From: Magnetovibrionaceae bacterium
GTDB lineage: Bacteria; Pseudomonadota; Alphaproteobacteria; Rhodospirillales; JBMYSY01
Assembly: GCA_049603795.1 (NCBI GenBank)
Contig: JBMYSY010000010.1
Span: forward strand, 25,851-89,850
Length of the DNA: 64,000 nt
Direction of reading: 5' to 3'
Shown here: positions 53,618 to 63,432 of the stretch, one piece after another
Position numbering within the stretch: position 1 is the stretch's first letter
Layout: every line of letters begins with the position of its first letter
The notes under the pieces: generated by a model
Database searches by the model: none
Told to the model about the DNA's origin: nothing
What the model saw: the letters and a program-made list of their open reading frames with translations, nothing else
Made by a program: the position numbers and the translations under genes

Positions 53618-54568
53618 ATGACCGCTTTCCTGATCACCCGCCTCGGTCAATCGCTGATCGTTCTCTTTGTCGTTTCCTTTTGTATCTATGGCTTGATTGG
53701 CCTGATGCCGGGCGATCCCATTGATTTGATGATCAGCATGGATCCGGAGTTGCGATCAGAGGATGTGGAACGCCTGAAGGCCCTTGCCGGGTTGGATCGT
53801 CCGCTCTGGGAACGCTATCTTGATTGGCTTGGCGCGGCCCTTGGCGGTGATTTGGGATACTCCCGTCTGTTCAATCAGCCGGTCGCTTCGGCCATTTCAG
53901 AGGCGTTCGGCAATACCGCCCTGCTTCTGGGCAGCTCCTTCGTCCTTTCCATTGCGCTGGCCCTGCCAATCGGCATTGGCGCTGCCATGCGACCGCGATC
54001 CCTGGGTGACTACCTGGTCAATCTGTTGGCCTTTGCCGGCATATCTATTCCGCCATTCTGGTTAGCTCTGCTGCTGATCATGCTGTTCGCCGTGACGCTC
54101 GGCTGGCTGCCGGCTGGCGGTTTCGAGGACGGGCTGGCGGGTTTGAAGCATGCTGTCCTTCCCATCGCGGCGCTGACACTTGCCAGCATCGGCAGTCACA
54201 CCCGCTATGTCCGAGCCGCCATGATCGAGGTCATGCGGGCCGACTTCATCCGGACCGCGCGGGCGAAAGGACTGCCCGAACATCGCGTCGTCCTGGCCCA
54301 TGGGCTTCGAAACGCCCTGCTGCCCGTGATCACCATTGTGGCGCTCGACTTCGGTTTTCTGTTTTCCGGGGCCCTGATTACCGAAACAATCTTCGCCTAC
54401 CCCGGCATGGGCAAACTGATCTTCGAAGCCGTAATGGGCAATGATTTCAATCTGGCCCTTGCCACCCTTTTGGCGGCAACGGCCATGACCCTGGTCGGCA
54501 ACCTGTTCGCCGATCTGGCCTATGTCTCGCTCGATCCCCGTATCTCCTACCAGGGGGCGGAATCATGA
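53618..54568 (+). CDS. Peptide/nickel-type ABC transporter permease (DppB/OppB-like)
   Basis: N-terminus MTAFLITRLGQSLIVLFVVSFCIYGLIGLMPGDP is canonical. EAA-loop region FIRTARAKGL. Confidence 0.9.
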   Translation: MTAFLITRLGQSLIVLFVVSFCIYGLIGLMPGDPIDLMISMDPELRSEDVERLKALAGLDRPLWERYLDWLGAALGGDLGYSRLFNQPVASAISEAFGNTALLLGSSFVLSIALALPIGIGAAMRPRSLGDYLVNLLAFAGISIPPFWLALLLIMLFAVTLGWLPAGGFEDGLAGLKHAVLPIAALTLASIGSHTRYVRAAMIEVMRADFIRTARAKGLPEHRVVLAHGLRNALLPVITIVALDFGFLFSGALITETIFAYPGMGKLIFEAVMGNDFNLALATLLAATAMTLVGNLFADLAYVSLDPRISYQGAES

Positions 54569-55455
54569 AACCGGCCCGCCTGACCTGGATCCGGTTTCGT
54601 GGCCATCGCGCCGCTTTCGCCAGCCTGATCCTGTTGGGCCTGCTCTTCGCGCTCTGCTTTTCCGCTCAACTGATCGCTGAAGCCCTGGGCGTCAGCGGGA
54701 CGGCGGTCGATCTGCTGGCCATGAACATGGAACCGTCCGGCAAGCATTGGCTGGGCACGGACGAACTGGGGCGGGATATCCTGATCCGCCTGTTGGCAGG
54801 CGGGCAGGTCTCGCTGACGGTGGGCCTGATCGCTGCACTCTGTGCAGCCTTGATTGGCACCACGATCGGTCTGGTCGCGGGCTATCGCGGCGGTTTGACC
54901 GATGCGGTGCTGATGCGCCTCACTGACGGGGTAATCGCCCTGCCTCTGCTGCCGCTGCTCATCGTCCTGGCAGCCGTCGATCTCGGCAAGTTGGGCCTGT
55001 CAGACAGCGCCATCGCGGACGAGGCCACACAGTTGATGCGCATTGTTCTGATTGTGGCCCTCGCGGGTTGGACGACCGTGGCCCGATTGGTCCGTGCTCA
55101 GGCCTTGTCTCTTCGCACCCGGACTTTTGTTTTGGCCGCACGGTCCCAAGGGGCATCAACGCGCTTTATCATCCTGCGCCATGTTCTGCCCAATCTGGCG
55201 AGCCCGATCATCGTCGCAACCACCCTGGCGACGGGGCAAATCATTCTTCTGGAATCGGTCTTGAGTTTCTTGGGCCTTGGCATTCAACCGCCAACGCCAA
55301 GTTGGGGCAATCAGTTGACCAACGCTCAGGAACTGATCTGGTCCGCCCCTGCCCTGGCGCTCTGGCCCGGGCTCGCCATCTTTACCACGGTCATCGCCTT
55401 CAACTTCCTGGGCGATGGCCTACAGGATGCGCTGGACCCCCGGGCCAAGCCTTGA
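54565..55455 (+). CDS. Peptide/nickel-type ABC transporter permease (DppC/OppC-like)
   Basis: HWLGTDELGRDILIRLL motif and EAA region. 4-nt overlap with the upstream permease. Confidence 0.9.
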   Translation: MKPARLTWIRFRGHRAAFASLILLGLLFALCFSAQLIAEALGVSGTAVDLLAMNMEPSGKHWLGTDELGRDILIRLLAGGQVSLTVGLIAALCAALIGTTIGLVAGYRGGLTDAVLMRLTDGVIALPLLPLLIVLAAVDLGKLGLSDSAIADEATQLMRIVLIVALAGWTTVARLVRAQALSLRTRTFVLAARSQGASTRFIILRHVLPNLASPIIVATTLATGQIILLESVLSFLGLGIQPPTPSWGNQLTNAQELIWSAPALALWPGLAIFTTVIAFNFLGDGLQDALDPRAKP

Positions 55456-55487
55456 TCAAGGGTTGGCCCAAGGGTTGGCCTGCTGCA

Positions 55488-55787
55488 TCAGGCCGTTCGC
55501 AGGATCAGGTGGTAGCCAAACTGGGTTTCGACGACACCCGACGTCTGGCCGACTTCCAGACCGAAGGCCGCGTCTTCAAACGGTTTGACCATCATGCCCT
55601 TGCCGAAGCTGCCCAACTCGCCACCGGAGCGACCCGAGGGGCATTGGGATTCCTTGCGGGCCACATCGGCGAAATCGGCACCACCTTCGATGTCGGCCTT
55701 CAATTCCTCGATCTTGGCCAGGGCCGCTTCTTTGCCGCCGGCACTGTCCGGGGTGACGAGGATGTGGCTTGCGCTGATTTCGCTCAT
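55488..55787 (-). CDS. Parvulin-type peptidyl-prolyl cis-trans isomerase
   Basis: ATG at 55787 with AGGAG RBS. SASHILV ... GGELGSFGKGMMVKPFEDAAF ... TQFGYHLI. Confidence 0.88.
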   Translation of the reverse strand: MSEISASHILVTPDSAGGKEAALAKIEELKADIEGGADFADVARKESQCPSGRSGGELGSFGKGMMVKPFEDAAFGLEVGQTSGVVETQFGYHLILRTA

Positions 55788-55888
55788 GAAAGTCTCCTGA
55801 CTGAAAAGGGCAGCGGACCGCGATAGGAACAGCCCGCCTTGAAGGCTGGAAACTAGTCCCACCGCCATGATCATTCAAGCAGCAGACC

Positions 55889-56719
55889 TTAATGAGACAG
55901 CAGGACCGGGACCGTCATGTGAGCCAACAGATCACGGGTGACGCCGCCAAGCACGATTTCCCGCCAGCGGGCATGGCCGTAGGCCCCGATCACCAAAAGA
56001 TCGATCCCTTCGTCGGCAGCCCTGGACAGGAAGACATCCCCGACACTTAAGTCGCCGCTGGTCACATGCTCGGCATCCGCTTTCACATCGTGCCGTGCAA
56101 GATGCAGCGCCAGGTCTGCCCCCGGCAAATCGCCATCGCCCTGCAGGCCGTTTTTGGGGTCCACGCACATGACGCTCACCTGATCGGCCGCTTCCAGGAA
56201 GGGCATCGCCGCATGGACGGCACGGGTCGATAACCGGGATCCGTCCCATCCGACCATGACCCTCTTGCCCACAGTGTCGAAGTGGCCCGCATAGGGCACA
56301 ACCAGCACAGGCCGCCCCAGGCTCAGGATCAGTTGATCCGGCATGTCTGCGGCCCCCTCGGTCAAATCTGGTTCTCGTTGTCCGACGATGACCATGTCGC
56401 TGTAACGCCCGTGGAGTTGCAGGACGTCCAACTGGTCGCCAATGACGCCCCGCCATTCGCCACGCAAGCCCGCTGCGCGGACGGCCTCTTCAAAGGCTGG
56501 CTTTGTCGCATCCGCGTCGGCGCGATACTGGCGGTGTTGTTCTTCCATCACAGCCTTGCCGATCTGGGCTTCGATATAGCCTGGCATCCGGGGATAGGTG
56601 ACGGTCGCAATGCCCGTCAGATGAGCGTCATGTCTGGCGGCAATATCGACCGCTATCTTGAGGCGTTCAGCACCCTGCTCGGTGTTCTCGAGATGAACGA
56701 CTAGATCTTTGAACGGCAT
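55889..56719 (-). CDS. Universal stress protein, tandem UspA domains
   Basis: ATG at 56719 with GGGGGAG RBS. Two Usp-type halves, the second ending GAYGHARWREIVLGGVT. Confidence 0.85.
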   Translation of the reverse strand: MPFKDLVVHLENTEQGAERLKIAVDIAARHDAHLTGIATVTYPRMPGYIEAQIGKAVMEEQHRQYRADADATKPAFEEAVRAAGLRGEWRGVIGDQLDVLQLHGRYSDMVIVGQREPDLTEGAADMPDQLILSLGRPVLVVPYAGHFDTVGKRVMVGWDGSRLSTRAVHAAMPFLEAADQVSVMCVDPKNGLQGDGDLPGADLALHLARHDVKADAEHVTSGDLSVGDVFLSRAADEGIDLLVIGAYGHARWREIVLGGVTRDLLAHMTVPVLLSH

Positions 56720-57320
56720 GATCTCCCCCCTTCCTGACAGACTGGGCAATCGAGCCCGGCGCGAAACCGATAACGTGCATCCGGAGCGCCAATCGGCTAT
56801 CTCCGGTTTACCCGATATTGGTCGGATCGACTAGCGAAATCGGAAGGAAAAGAGCGGGTCCGAAGACCGATATAAGCAGGCAGGCGATTATCGTGTGGAA
56901 GCCGAAGTGACGACGATTCTTTGGCGCCGACGGCGTCCTCGAAACCCGAGTTCGGACGCGAGCCCCCGCAGGAATCGAGCAACGTGATAGGGGGTAAGGT
57001 CGGTCTGCATCATCATCTCATTCTTTCTGTAACAGGTTTAATCTGGATGCGCCCGGAGCCTTCTGGTCCGGTGCTTTGGCTGGAGAGCGGCTTGGACGAT
57101 TTCTGAGACAAATTCGCGATACCGACGCTCCGTTGAGAGCATAAGATCATTTCGATGGCGAAATTTCTGTGACAAAGATCACTCCTCAGAATTCTCCAAA
57201 CAATCCTGCTTCATCTGGCTCTCCGGGCTCATCCGTTCGGAGGAATTGGCTCAATCTCAAATGCGAATTATTCTCTGCACATAACAGGCATCTTCAGATG
57301 CCAAAAACGCGTTTGAGGTC

Positions 57321-58349
57321 ATGATGTTGGAAGCGGCTGCAGTAAAACGGCTCAGCGAAGGACTCCTGGCCGAGTTGGAGGGTTTGACCCGCGAAGTGAC
57401 CCGTCTTCGAGACGACGCTTCGGCCCCGACACAGGGGGGACAGTCTGCCACCATGGGCGGGCTGCTCGGCCATCACCTGCGGCGTACAAGCGAAACAGCG
57501 CTGGCAATCCTCGCCGATTTCGTGGACCTTTCCAGAATGGAAAGTGGCGAAGACCCATTGGATATTTCCGCCTTTGATTTGGTGGAAATGCTGCGCAAAC
57601 TTGAACCTGGGATCCGTGCGAAGGCCGATGCAGCGGGCTGTACCGTTCGCTTCGCCTACAGTGGCGACTTTGATCTCGTCCTGGGGGATCCCCGCAAGAT
57701 CGAGCGGATCATTGATTTGGTTCTGAAGCGTCGATTGCTGGCCGGTATGGGTGGAGCGGTATCGATTTCGCTTGAGCGGGTTGGAGAAGGCGATGAAGGC
57801 GAACCCAGCCTGCGTCTCGGCCTGACCCGTATCGGTGCTCTGGATGACGATGCCCAGGCTGAATCGCCAGAAGCCTTCGCAATGGCGGAACGCCTTTTGA
57901 CGGCCATGGGCGGTGAATTCGGAACCTGGGCGGAAGCCGAGACCGGCGCGGCAGCATGGATCGTGTTGCCTGCGGAGGGTCCGGAGAAGGCAGGTGCGGG
58001 GGACGTTGGGTCAAGCTTGGTCGATGTATCGGTGCTTGAGACCCTGGCACGAGAGACGTCGCCGGAAATCGTGCCTGATCTGCTCCTCACCTTCCGCGAA
58101 GACCTGATTGATCGCGCCGTTCGCATACAGGCAGCGCTGGAAGCCACGGATCTGGACGTGCTGGAACACGAAACCCATACGCTGTCGAGTTCTTCAATCA
58201 CCTTTGGTGCAGCGGCCCTGAGCAAGCTGGCCAAGCAGGCCGAACTTTCTCTGAAAAGCGGGGACAGCGAAAAGGGGCTGGCCATGGTCCGCGATCTTCT
58301 GGCCATCGTCACGGAAACGGACCAGGCACTCGCAGCCTACCGGCCGTAA
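57321..58349 (+). CDS. Degenerate histidine-kinase-like (DHp plus pseudo-CA) protein fused to a C-terminal Hpt domain
   Basis: H-box-like LLGHHLRRTSETALAILADFVDLSRMESGE. The CA-like region lacks N/G1/G2 boxes (DLVLKRRLL where NLLxNA is expected). C-terminal Hpt signature HETHTLSSSSITFGAAAL. Confidence 0.7.
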   Translation: MMLEAAAVKRLSEGLLAELEGLTREVTRLRDDASAPTQGGQSATMGGLLGHHLRRTSETALAILADFVDLSRMESGEDPLDISAFDLVEMLRKLEPGIRAKADAAGCTVRFAYSGDFDLVLGDPRKIERIIDLVLKRRLLAGMGGAVSISLERVGEGDEGEPSLRLGLTRIGALDDDAQAESPEAFAMAERLLTAMGGEFGTWAEAETGAAAWIVLPAEGPEKAGAGDVGSSLVDVSVLETLARETSPEIVPDLLLTFREDLIDRAVRIQAALEATDLDVLEHETHTLSSSSITFGAAALSKLAKQAELSLKSGDSEKGLAMVRDLLAIVTETDQALAAYRP

Positions 58350-58353
58350 TTGT

Positions 58354-59778
58354 TCACGCCGCCCCCTGCTCCCGCAGGCGCCTGTAAATCGTCGATGCAC
58401 TGACCTTCAGAATTTGGGCGGCCTTGGGCACACTTCCCTCGGTTTCCTGAAGGGCCGCTTGGATATATTCCCACTCCACATCCGCCAAGGGGCGCAGTTC
58501 GAGCTTAGCCGTCGTCTTCTCTGACCGCATCGTCGGCCCTGCGCCATCATCGACCTGACTTGCGCTCGCCCGCTCGGACGGGCTGGCGGAGGGTCGCATC
58601 GCTGAAAGGGGTCCGGCCAGCATCTCCTCTGTCACCATCGGGCCGTCATGAAGGACAACGACGGAACGGACCACGTTCTGTAATTCCCGCACGTTCCCCG
58701 GCCAGCCATGGTTCAGGATCATGGATTGGGCATCGGGATCAAAGCCATCGAAGCTCTTCCCCTCCTCGGCGGCAAACTGGTTGAGGAAGGCCGCCGCAAT
58801 TTCCAGAACATCGCGATCCCGTTCCTTTAAGGGCGGCAAATGGATAGGGATCACGTGAAGCCGGTAGTAGAGGTCCTCGCGGAAATTTCCGGCACGAACC
58901 TCGGACCATGGGTCGCGGTTCGTCGCGCAGACAAACCGAATATCCGTGCTTTCAAGCTGACTGCCGCCGACCTTCGTAAACTGACCCGTCTGAATAAACC
59001 GTAGAAGCTTGGCCTGGAGGCTAATGTCCATCTCGCAGATTTCGTCCAGGAACAGCGTTCCCCCCGTGGCCAGCCTCGCGGCACCGAGCCGGTCTGATAC
59101 GGCACCGGTAAAGGCTCCCTTCACATGGCCGAAAATCTCACTCTCCATCAATTCCCCAGGAATGGCCGCGCAGTTGATGGCGATAAAAGGACCGTCTCTG
59201 CGGTCACTGGCCTGGTGGATAGACTGGGCGCAAACCTCTTTACCCGTCCCGGACTCCCCGGTAACAAACACCGTTGCTTTGCTCTGCGCGGCACTTTCAA
59301 TGGTTCGGTAAACCGCCTGCATCGACGGACTTGCGCCGATGAAGCCACCAAAGGCGGTTCTTTCCCTTTCCTTCGAAAGTGTTTCGACCAACTCGGTCAG
59401 GTCGACGCGCTCCAGCACGTTCTTTAGCGTGTAAGTCAGGCGTTCCGCACTGAAGGGCTTCAACAAAAAGTCCGATGCCCCGGCCTGCATGGCTTCCACG
59501 GCCATATTGACCGATCCATGGGCGGTGATTACGACCACCCCGCACCCCAAGCCCTGTTCACGCACATGGCGCAGAATCTCAAGGCCGTTCATATCGGGCA
59601 ATTTCACGTCGAGGATAATCGCATCGGGTGTTGCCCGGCCCAGGGCATTCATGCCGGCCTGACCGGTGTCGGCATGGGTGACGCTATAGCCATGGGGCTT
59701 CAGATAGGCCTGATACAATCGAGCCATCGGAAGGGAGTCTTCGATCAGAAGTATTTGACGAGGGCCTGTATCGGCCAT
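58354..59778 (-). CDS. Sigma54-dependent response regulator, LuxO-like (REC, AAA+, HTH)
   Basis: REC IILDVKLPDMNG. Walker A GESGTGKEV. Sigma54-contact loop GHVKGAFTGA. Segments FIAINCAAIP, LLRFIQTGQFTKVG and FVCATNRDPW..FREDLYYRLHVIP resemble my recollection of Vibrio LuxO. C-terminal HTH. Confidence 0.85.
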   Translation of the reverse strand: MADTGPRQILLIEDSLPMARLYQAYLKPHGYSVTHADTGQAGMNALGRATPDAIILDVKLPDMNGLEILRHVREQGLGCGVVVITAHGSVNMAVEAMQAGASDFLLKPFSAERLTYTLKNVLERVDLTELVETLSKERERTAFGGFIGASPSMQAVYRTIESAAQSKATVFVTGESGTGKEVCAQSIHQASDRRDGPFIAINCAAIPGELMESEIFGHVKGAFTGAVSDRLGAARLATGGTLFLDEICEMDISLQAKLLRFIQTGQFTKVGGSQLESTDIRFVCATNRDPWSEVRAGNFREDLYYRLHVIPIHLPPLKERDRDVLEIAAAFLNQFAAEEGKSFDGFDPDAQSMILNHGWPGNVRELQNVVRSVVVLHDGPMVTEEMLAGPLSAMRPSASPSERASASQVDDGAGPTMRSEKTTAKLELRPLADVEWEYIQAALQETEGSVPKAAQILKVSASTIYRRLREQGAA

Positions 59779-60159
59779 GCCCGTGATCCTGTTCCGGCGG
59801 AGCCCTACGAGCAGGCTAACCCATGCTCAACGACAGAGGCCAGCGGGAACATTCCGCAGCCGGGAACCATTAAAGAAACAACCGCTTGAGGCCGAACAGC
59901 CAATCCAGTAACGTAGGCCCCTTCCAAGGCTGTGGTCCGTTTATTTAGGGGCACATCGGTTGAGTGGTTTTGGCCTGCAAGATGCCGGACTGCTTGAGGG
60001 GAACCGGTGGAGCACGGACCGACGTCTTGGAATGAGGTGCGATGACGATTGCCAATGGTATGGCTGGCAGTGGGGAAGATGGTCGAGACATTGGTCCGGG
60101 CGTGACGTTACGCTACACCCGGGAACTGAACTATCCCGGGCCACCAGGGGGTCAAGACA

Positions 60160-61374
60160 ATGGACTACAACGCTTTCTTCGCTGACCGAATCGCCGACCT
60201 TCGTAACGAAGGCCGCTACCGTGTATTTGTGGATCTTGAACGCCAGATGGGGAACTTTCCCCGCGCCTGGCATCACACCGATGACGGCAGCGTGAAAGAA
60301 GTCACCGTCTGGTGCTCCAACGATTATCTGGGTCAGGGGCAACGTCCGGAAAGCATCAAGGCGATGCACGAAGCGATCGAAAAGTGCGGCACAGGTGCGG
60401 GTGGCACCCGAAACATCTCGGGCACCAACCATTACCATGTCCTGCTGGAGCGCGAGCTGGCGGACCTGCACAACACCGAAGCGGCCTTGGTCTTCACCTC
60501 CGGCTGGGTCGCGAACGAGACAACCCTCTCGACCCTCGGTTCAATGATTCCCGATTGCGTGTTCATCTCGGACGCAAAAAACCACAATTCGATGATCGAA
60601 GGCATGAAGCACAGCCGCGCCGAAAAGCGGGTATTCAAGCACAACGACGTCGAGGACCTGCGGCGCATCCTGGCCGAATATGACAAGGATCGGCCGAAAG
60701 TCATTGCCTTCGAATCGGTCTATTCGATGGACGGCACAATTTCGCCTATCAAGGAAATCTGCGACGCCGCAGAAGAATTCAATGCCATGACCTTCCTGGA
60801 CGAAGTCCATGCGGTCGGTATGTATGGCCTGCGCGGTGCCGGAGTGGCTGAACGCGATGGCCAGATGCACCGGATCACGGTGATCCAGGGGACCCTTGCG
60901 AAGGCTTATGGCGTCGTCGGCGGCTACATCGCCGCCAGTGCCGATCTTTGCGATTTCGTCCGGTCCTACGGCACCGGGTTTATCTTCTCAACCTCCATGC
61001 CACCGGGCGTGGCGGCGGCGGCTCGGGCCAGTGTCCGCTATCTGAAAGAACACAACGAAATCCGCGAACGCCACCAGGAACGTGCAGCGACCCTGAAGCG
61101 AAAAATGACCGAAGCAGGCCTGCCGGTCATGCCCTCGGTCAGCCACATCGTCCCGCTGCTCGTGGGGGACCCGGTCCTCTGCAAGAACGCCAGTGACAGC
61201 CTGTTGGAACACCACAATATCTACGTCCAGCCGATCAACTATCCCACCGTGGAGCGTGGCAAGGAACGGCTCCGCTTCACGCCGACCCCTTTGCACACGG
61301 ACGAAGACATGGACTATCTCGTTGCCGCTTTGGGCGAGGTCTGGGGCCGCCTGGGCCTTAAAGCCGCCGCCTAA
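60160..61374 (+). CDS. hemA: 5-aminolevulinate synthase
   Basis: 404 aa. [36 protein letters not shown]-lysine context GTLAKAYG. Typical alphaproteobacterial ALAS. Confidence 0.93.
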   Translation: MDYNAFFADRIADLRNEGRYRVFVDLERQMGNFPRAWHHTDDGSVKEVTVWCSNDYLGQGQRPESIKAMHEAIEKCGTGAGGTRNISGTNHYHVLLERELADLHNTEAALVFTSGWVANETTLSTLGSMIPDCVFISDAKNHNSMIEGMKHSRAEKRVFKHNDVEDLRRILAEYDKDRPKVIAFESVYSMDGTISPIKEICDAAEEFNAMTFLDEVHAVGMYGLRGAGVAERDGQMHRITVIQGTLAKAYGVVGGYIAASADLCDFVRSYGTGFIFSTSMPPGVAAAARASVRYLKEHNEIRERHQERAATLKRKMTEAGLPVMPSVSHIVPLLVGDPVLCKNASDSLLEHHNIYVQPINYPTVERGKERLRFTPTPLHTDEDMDYLVAALGEVWGRLGLKAAA

Positions 61375-61473
61375 AATCGGCGAACGTCGGACCTGACAAA
61401 GGCCGTCCCAATCGCTAGGTTTCAGGAGACTTCGGTCTTCACATGATCCTCGCGTTTTCAGGGGCGGCCTTTT

Positions 61474-62037
61474 TTGTTTTCAGACAACACGCTTACGCCG
61501 AAAGAAGCCATCCGGCTCTGTGCGCTCGGTACTCTCGCGGCAAGACCGATGCGCTACAGTTCGCTGGCCAACTCGACACGACATTTCGTCAGCCATATCC
61601 TCGGTCCTTCGCTGGATGTCATGGGTACGTCCATCGAACTGTTGAAGTACGAGGGCCTGATCGAGCCCGTCGAAGGCGTCGGCATGGAAGATGACGCCGA
61701 ACTGAAGCTGACCGACCAGGGTCTGGCGGAAATCCAGGCCCTGTTGAACGCCAATCTGCGCGCAGCGGCGACAGAATTGAATAAGCTGATCATCGCATTA
61801 AAGTTCCGTTTCCTCCATCTGCTGGAACCGGAAGACCGGTTCATCCAGGCGGACCTGCTCGTCGAAGCCACAGAGAACGAACTCGCCCGGCTGGAAGAAC
61901 TTCGCGATGGTATGGACTTCGGCGCGGAGGCCGAAGGCCACTTGGGTCGATGGCTGAACCACGATATCGAACTGCTGGAGCGGCGATTGGCCTGGCTGGA
62001 GGCCTTTCGGGATGACCTTGGGGTTGATCCGACATAA
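61474..62037 (+). CDS. Hypothetical protein (possible winged-helix N-terminus, helical C-terminus)
   Basis: 187 aa. The N-terminal 80 aa or so loosely resemble PadR-type wHTH. No confident family call. Confidence 0.5.
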   Translation: MFSDNTLTPKEAIRLCALGTLAARPMRYSSLANSTRHFVSHILGPSLDVMGTSIELLKYEGLIEPVEGVGMEDDAELKLTDQGLAEIQALLNANLRAAATELNKLIIALKFRFLHLLEPEDRFIQADLLVEATENELARLEELRDGMDFGAEAEGHLGRWLNHDIELLERRLAWLEAFRDDLGVDPT

Positions 62038-62075
62038 TATACCAGCGAATTTGGCTTTTCGTTTAGGGGGATAAC

Positions 62076-63380
62076 TTGAGTAAGCCAACCAAGCCGGAAC
62101 GTCCGATGGGGACCCTGGCCCAGGCAACGCGGGCCGAGCTGCGAGAAATCGTCAAGGCGATCGGGTCCAGCGCGGCTGTCTTTTCGGTCTATGACCTGGA
62201 CATTTCCGTCCTGGCCGCCAACCGAGATTTCATGCGTATGACGGGGCGCGAGTGGGTGGCCGATGAGACGGACCTGTCTGGCGATCTGTCCGAGCTCATC
62301 CCCTCTTACGCGCTTCGGGGATTTTCCGACGCCATCCATCAATGCAGTCTGACCCGGCAAGGTATGGAAGCCGAATTCGCCTTCGATTTCGATGGCAGTC
62401 ACAGCTATTGGCGCTGTGTCTTCAGCCCAGTGCTTTCGGAGGACGGTCGGACGGAAAGAGTCTTTCTGACGGCTCTCGACATCACCGAAAAACACCAGCT
62501 TCGCCGGGCTCTCGACCAGAGCCACGAAAAGCTCGAACGGATTTTAGGCAACGCCCACGACAGCATCATTGTTTGCGGGGAAGACCAGAAAATCACCCGC
62601 GTGAACTACTCCGCCGAGGCGCTGTTCGGTTATTCGGAATCAGAACTGGTGGGACAGCCGATCGATATCCTGATCCCGGAAGATTCCAGACCGGCCCATC
62701 CGGAGTACATGGAAAACTTCAAGGCCTCCCCCATCCCGGCGCGCACCATGCATGAACGCTCAGAAGTACAGGGGCTTAAGAAGAACGGGTCGATCTTCTG
62801 GGCGGATATCTCCATCTCGAAGAGCCAAAGTGGCGAAGGCATGGAGTTCACAGCCATTGTCCGGGATGTCAGCGAAAAGCTGCGGCTCCTCGAGCGGCTG
62901 AAGCGTGAATCCGTCACTGACCCTTTGACCGGCCTGTATAACCGTCGCCACCTGACGGCCTCGGCAGAAAAAGCCGTCGCCTCGGCCCAACGGCATTCAC
63001 GCCCGCTCTCCTTTATTCTGTTCGACCTGGATAACTTCAAGCAGGTAAACGACAAATTCGGCCACCATGTGGGCGATGTCGTCCTGCGCAAATGCGCCGA
63101 AGCCATTGGACAGGAAGCCCGGGAATCAGACACCTGCGCGAGGTTCGGCGGAGAAGAATTCTGCATTCTGCTGGACGAGGCGACGGGAGAACAGGCACGG
63201 GAACTGGCCGAACGTCTCCGAAGGCGTCTCAGCACAATCGAGATTGCAGACAACCAATCGCTAACGGCCAGCTTCGGTGTCGCCGCCTGGCAGCAGGGTT
63301 GGTCCGTTGATGATCTGTTCAGGCATGCCGACGATCGGCTTTATGTCGCCAAGAGCAACGGAAAAAATCGAGTGGACTGA
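62076..63380 (+). CDS. PAS/PAS/GGDEF diguanylate cyclase
   Basis: Two PAS-like regions, then GGDEF domain (DPLTGLYNRRH, RFGGEEFCILL). Start is TTG 62076 or ATG 62106. Confidence 0.88.
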   Translation: MSKPTKPERPMGTLAQATRAELREIVKAIGSSAAVFSVYDLDISVLAANRDFMRMTGREWVADETDLSGDLSELIPSYALRGFSDAIHQCSLTRQGMEAEFAFDFDGSHSYWRCVFSPVLSEDGRTERVFLTALDITEKHQLRRALDQSHEKLERILGNAHDSIIVCGEDQKITRVNYSAEALFGYSESELVGQPIDILIPEDSRPAHPEYMENFKASPIPARTMHERSEVQGLKKNGSIFWADISISKSQSGEGMEFTAIVRDVSEKLRLLERLKRESVTDPLTGLYNRRHLTASAEKAVASAQRHSRPLSFILFDLDNFKQVNDKFGHHVGDVVLRKCAEAIGQEARESDTCARFGGEEFCILLDEATGEQARELAERLRRRLSTIEIADNQSLTASFGVAAWQQGWSVDDLFRHADDRLYVAKSNGKNRVD

Positions 63381-63432
63381 TTATTGGGTAATAGTGCCCA
63401 AGGGGGCAAAGTGCCGGGCCCGCCCCGCAGGG

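Noticed and set aside
57287-57302. Hairpin GGCATC-TTCA-GATGCC 19 nt upstream of ATG 57321
   Set aside because: It has only a 6-bp stem and is followed by A-residues, not U, so it is not a terminator. It may affect translation initiation, but I have no evidence for that.
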